Shown: piece by piece, positions 36,626 through 36,682 of the stretch
How positions within the stretch are numbered: position 1 is the stretch's first letter
How the letters are laid out: every line of letters begins with the position of its first letter
Assembly (NCBI GenBank): GCA_035302865.1
Contig: DATGSF010000164.1
Coordinates: 1 to 36,682, forward strand
Source: Chitinophagaceae bacterium
GTDB lineage: Bacteria > Bacteroidota > Bacteroidia > Chitinophagales > Chitinophagaceae
Length of the DNA stretch: 36,682 nucleotides
Reading direction: 5' to 3'
Notes under the pieces: model-generated
What the model was told of the DNA's origin: nothing
Databases searched by the model: none
The model's input: only the letters and a program-made list of their open reading frames with translations
Made by a program: the position numbers and the translations under genes

Positions 36626-36682
36626 TGTTTTTAATCATGATACTTATATTTACCTATCCTCTTATTGGAGCTTTAGTAGCAT

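Noticed and set aside
1-36682. A scan for tRNA/rRNA genes, CRISPR repeat-spacer arrays, IS inverted repeats and known defence-gene motifs
   Set aside because: I found no T-loop or acceptor-like GC-rich segments, no periodic 25-40-bp repeats, no transposase-like ORFs, and no nuclease, helicase or methylase clusters. The intergenic hairpins all differ in sequence, so they are not a REP-like family.

Overview
This is an AT-rich chromosomal segment (about 30% GC by eye). Its gene content, many lipoprotein and envelope genes, lack of Shine-Dalgarno sequences and TAnnTTTG -7 promoter boxes point to a Bacteroidota (Flavobacteriia-like) genome. I count 36 protein-coding genes, and most are recognisable housekeeping genes. 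On the plus strand: mutL, an exbB-exbD-exbD-tonB cluster, accD, recA, a COG0720 pterin synthase plus folE, an M49 peptidase, a XerC/D-type recombinase, hpf, an RsmI-like methyltransferase, aroC, an LptE-like lipoprotein and secG. On the minus strand: an edge-truncated S8 peptidase that is missing from the ORF track, a YtxH/holin-like/basic-protein trio, an SGNH hydrolase plus aldehyde dehydrogenase, lptB plus an ABC-F ATPase, an arginase-fold protein, purB plus a flavin/2Fe-2S reductase, and an AsmA-family protein. I found no rRNA, tRNA, CRISPR array, transposase, phage module or recognisable defence gene, and the single tyrosine recombinase looks chromosomal. The only stretch that looks accessory or unexplained is about 19.0-24.7 kb. 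It holds a duplicated beta-helix-like lipoprotein, convergent with a tightly coupled two-gene operon. That operon encodes a secreted 391-aa protein and a 1013-aa protein built as an outer-membrane-barrel-like domain, a ~580-residue coiled-coil-like spacer and an OmpA_C domain. This operon is my best candidate for an undescribed envelope system, but the claim rests only on by-eye motif reading. Several ORF-track N-termini begin at TTG and look over-extended, so I re-called four starts. All antisense ORFs in the track look spurious.
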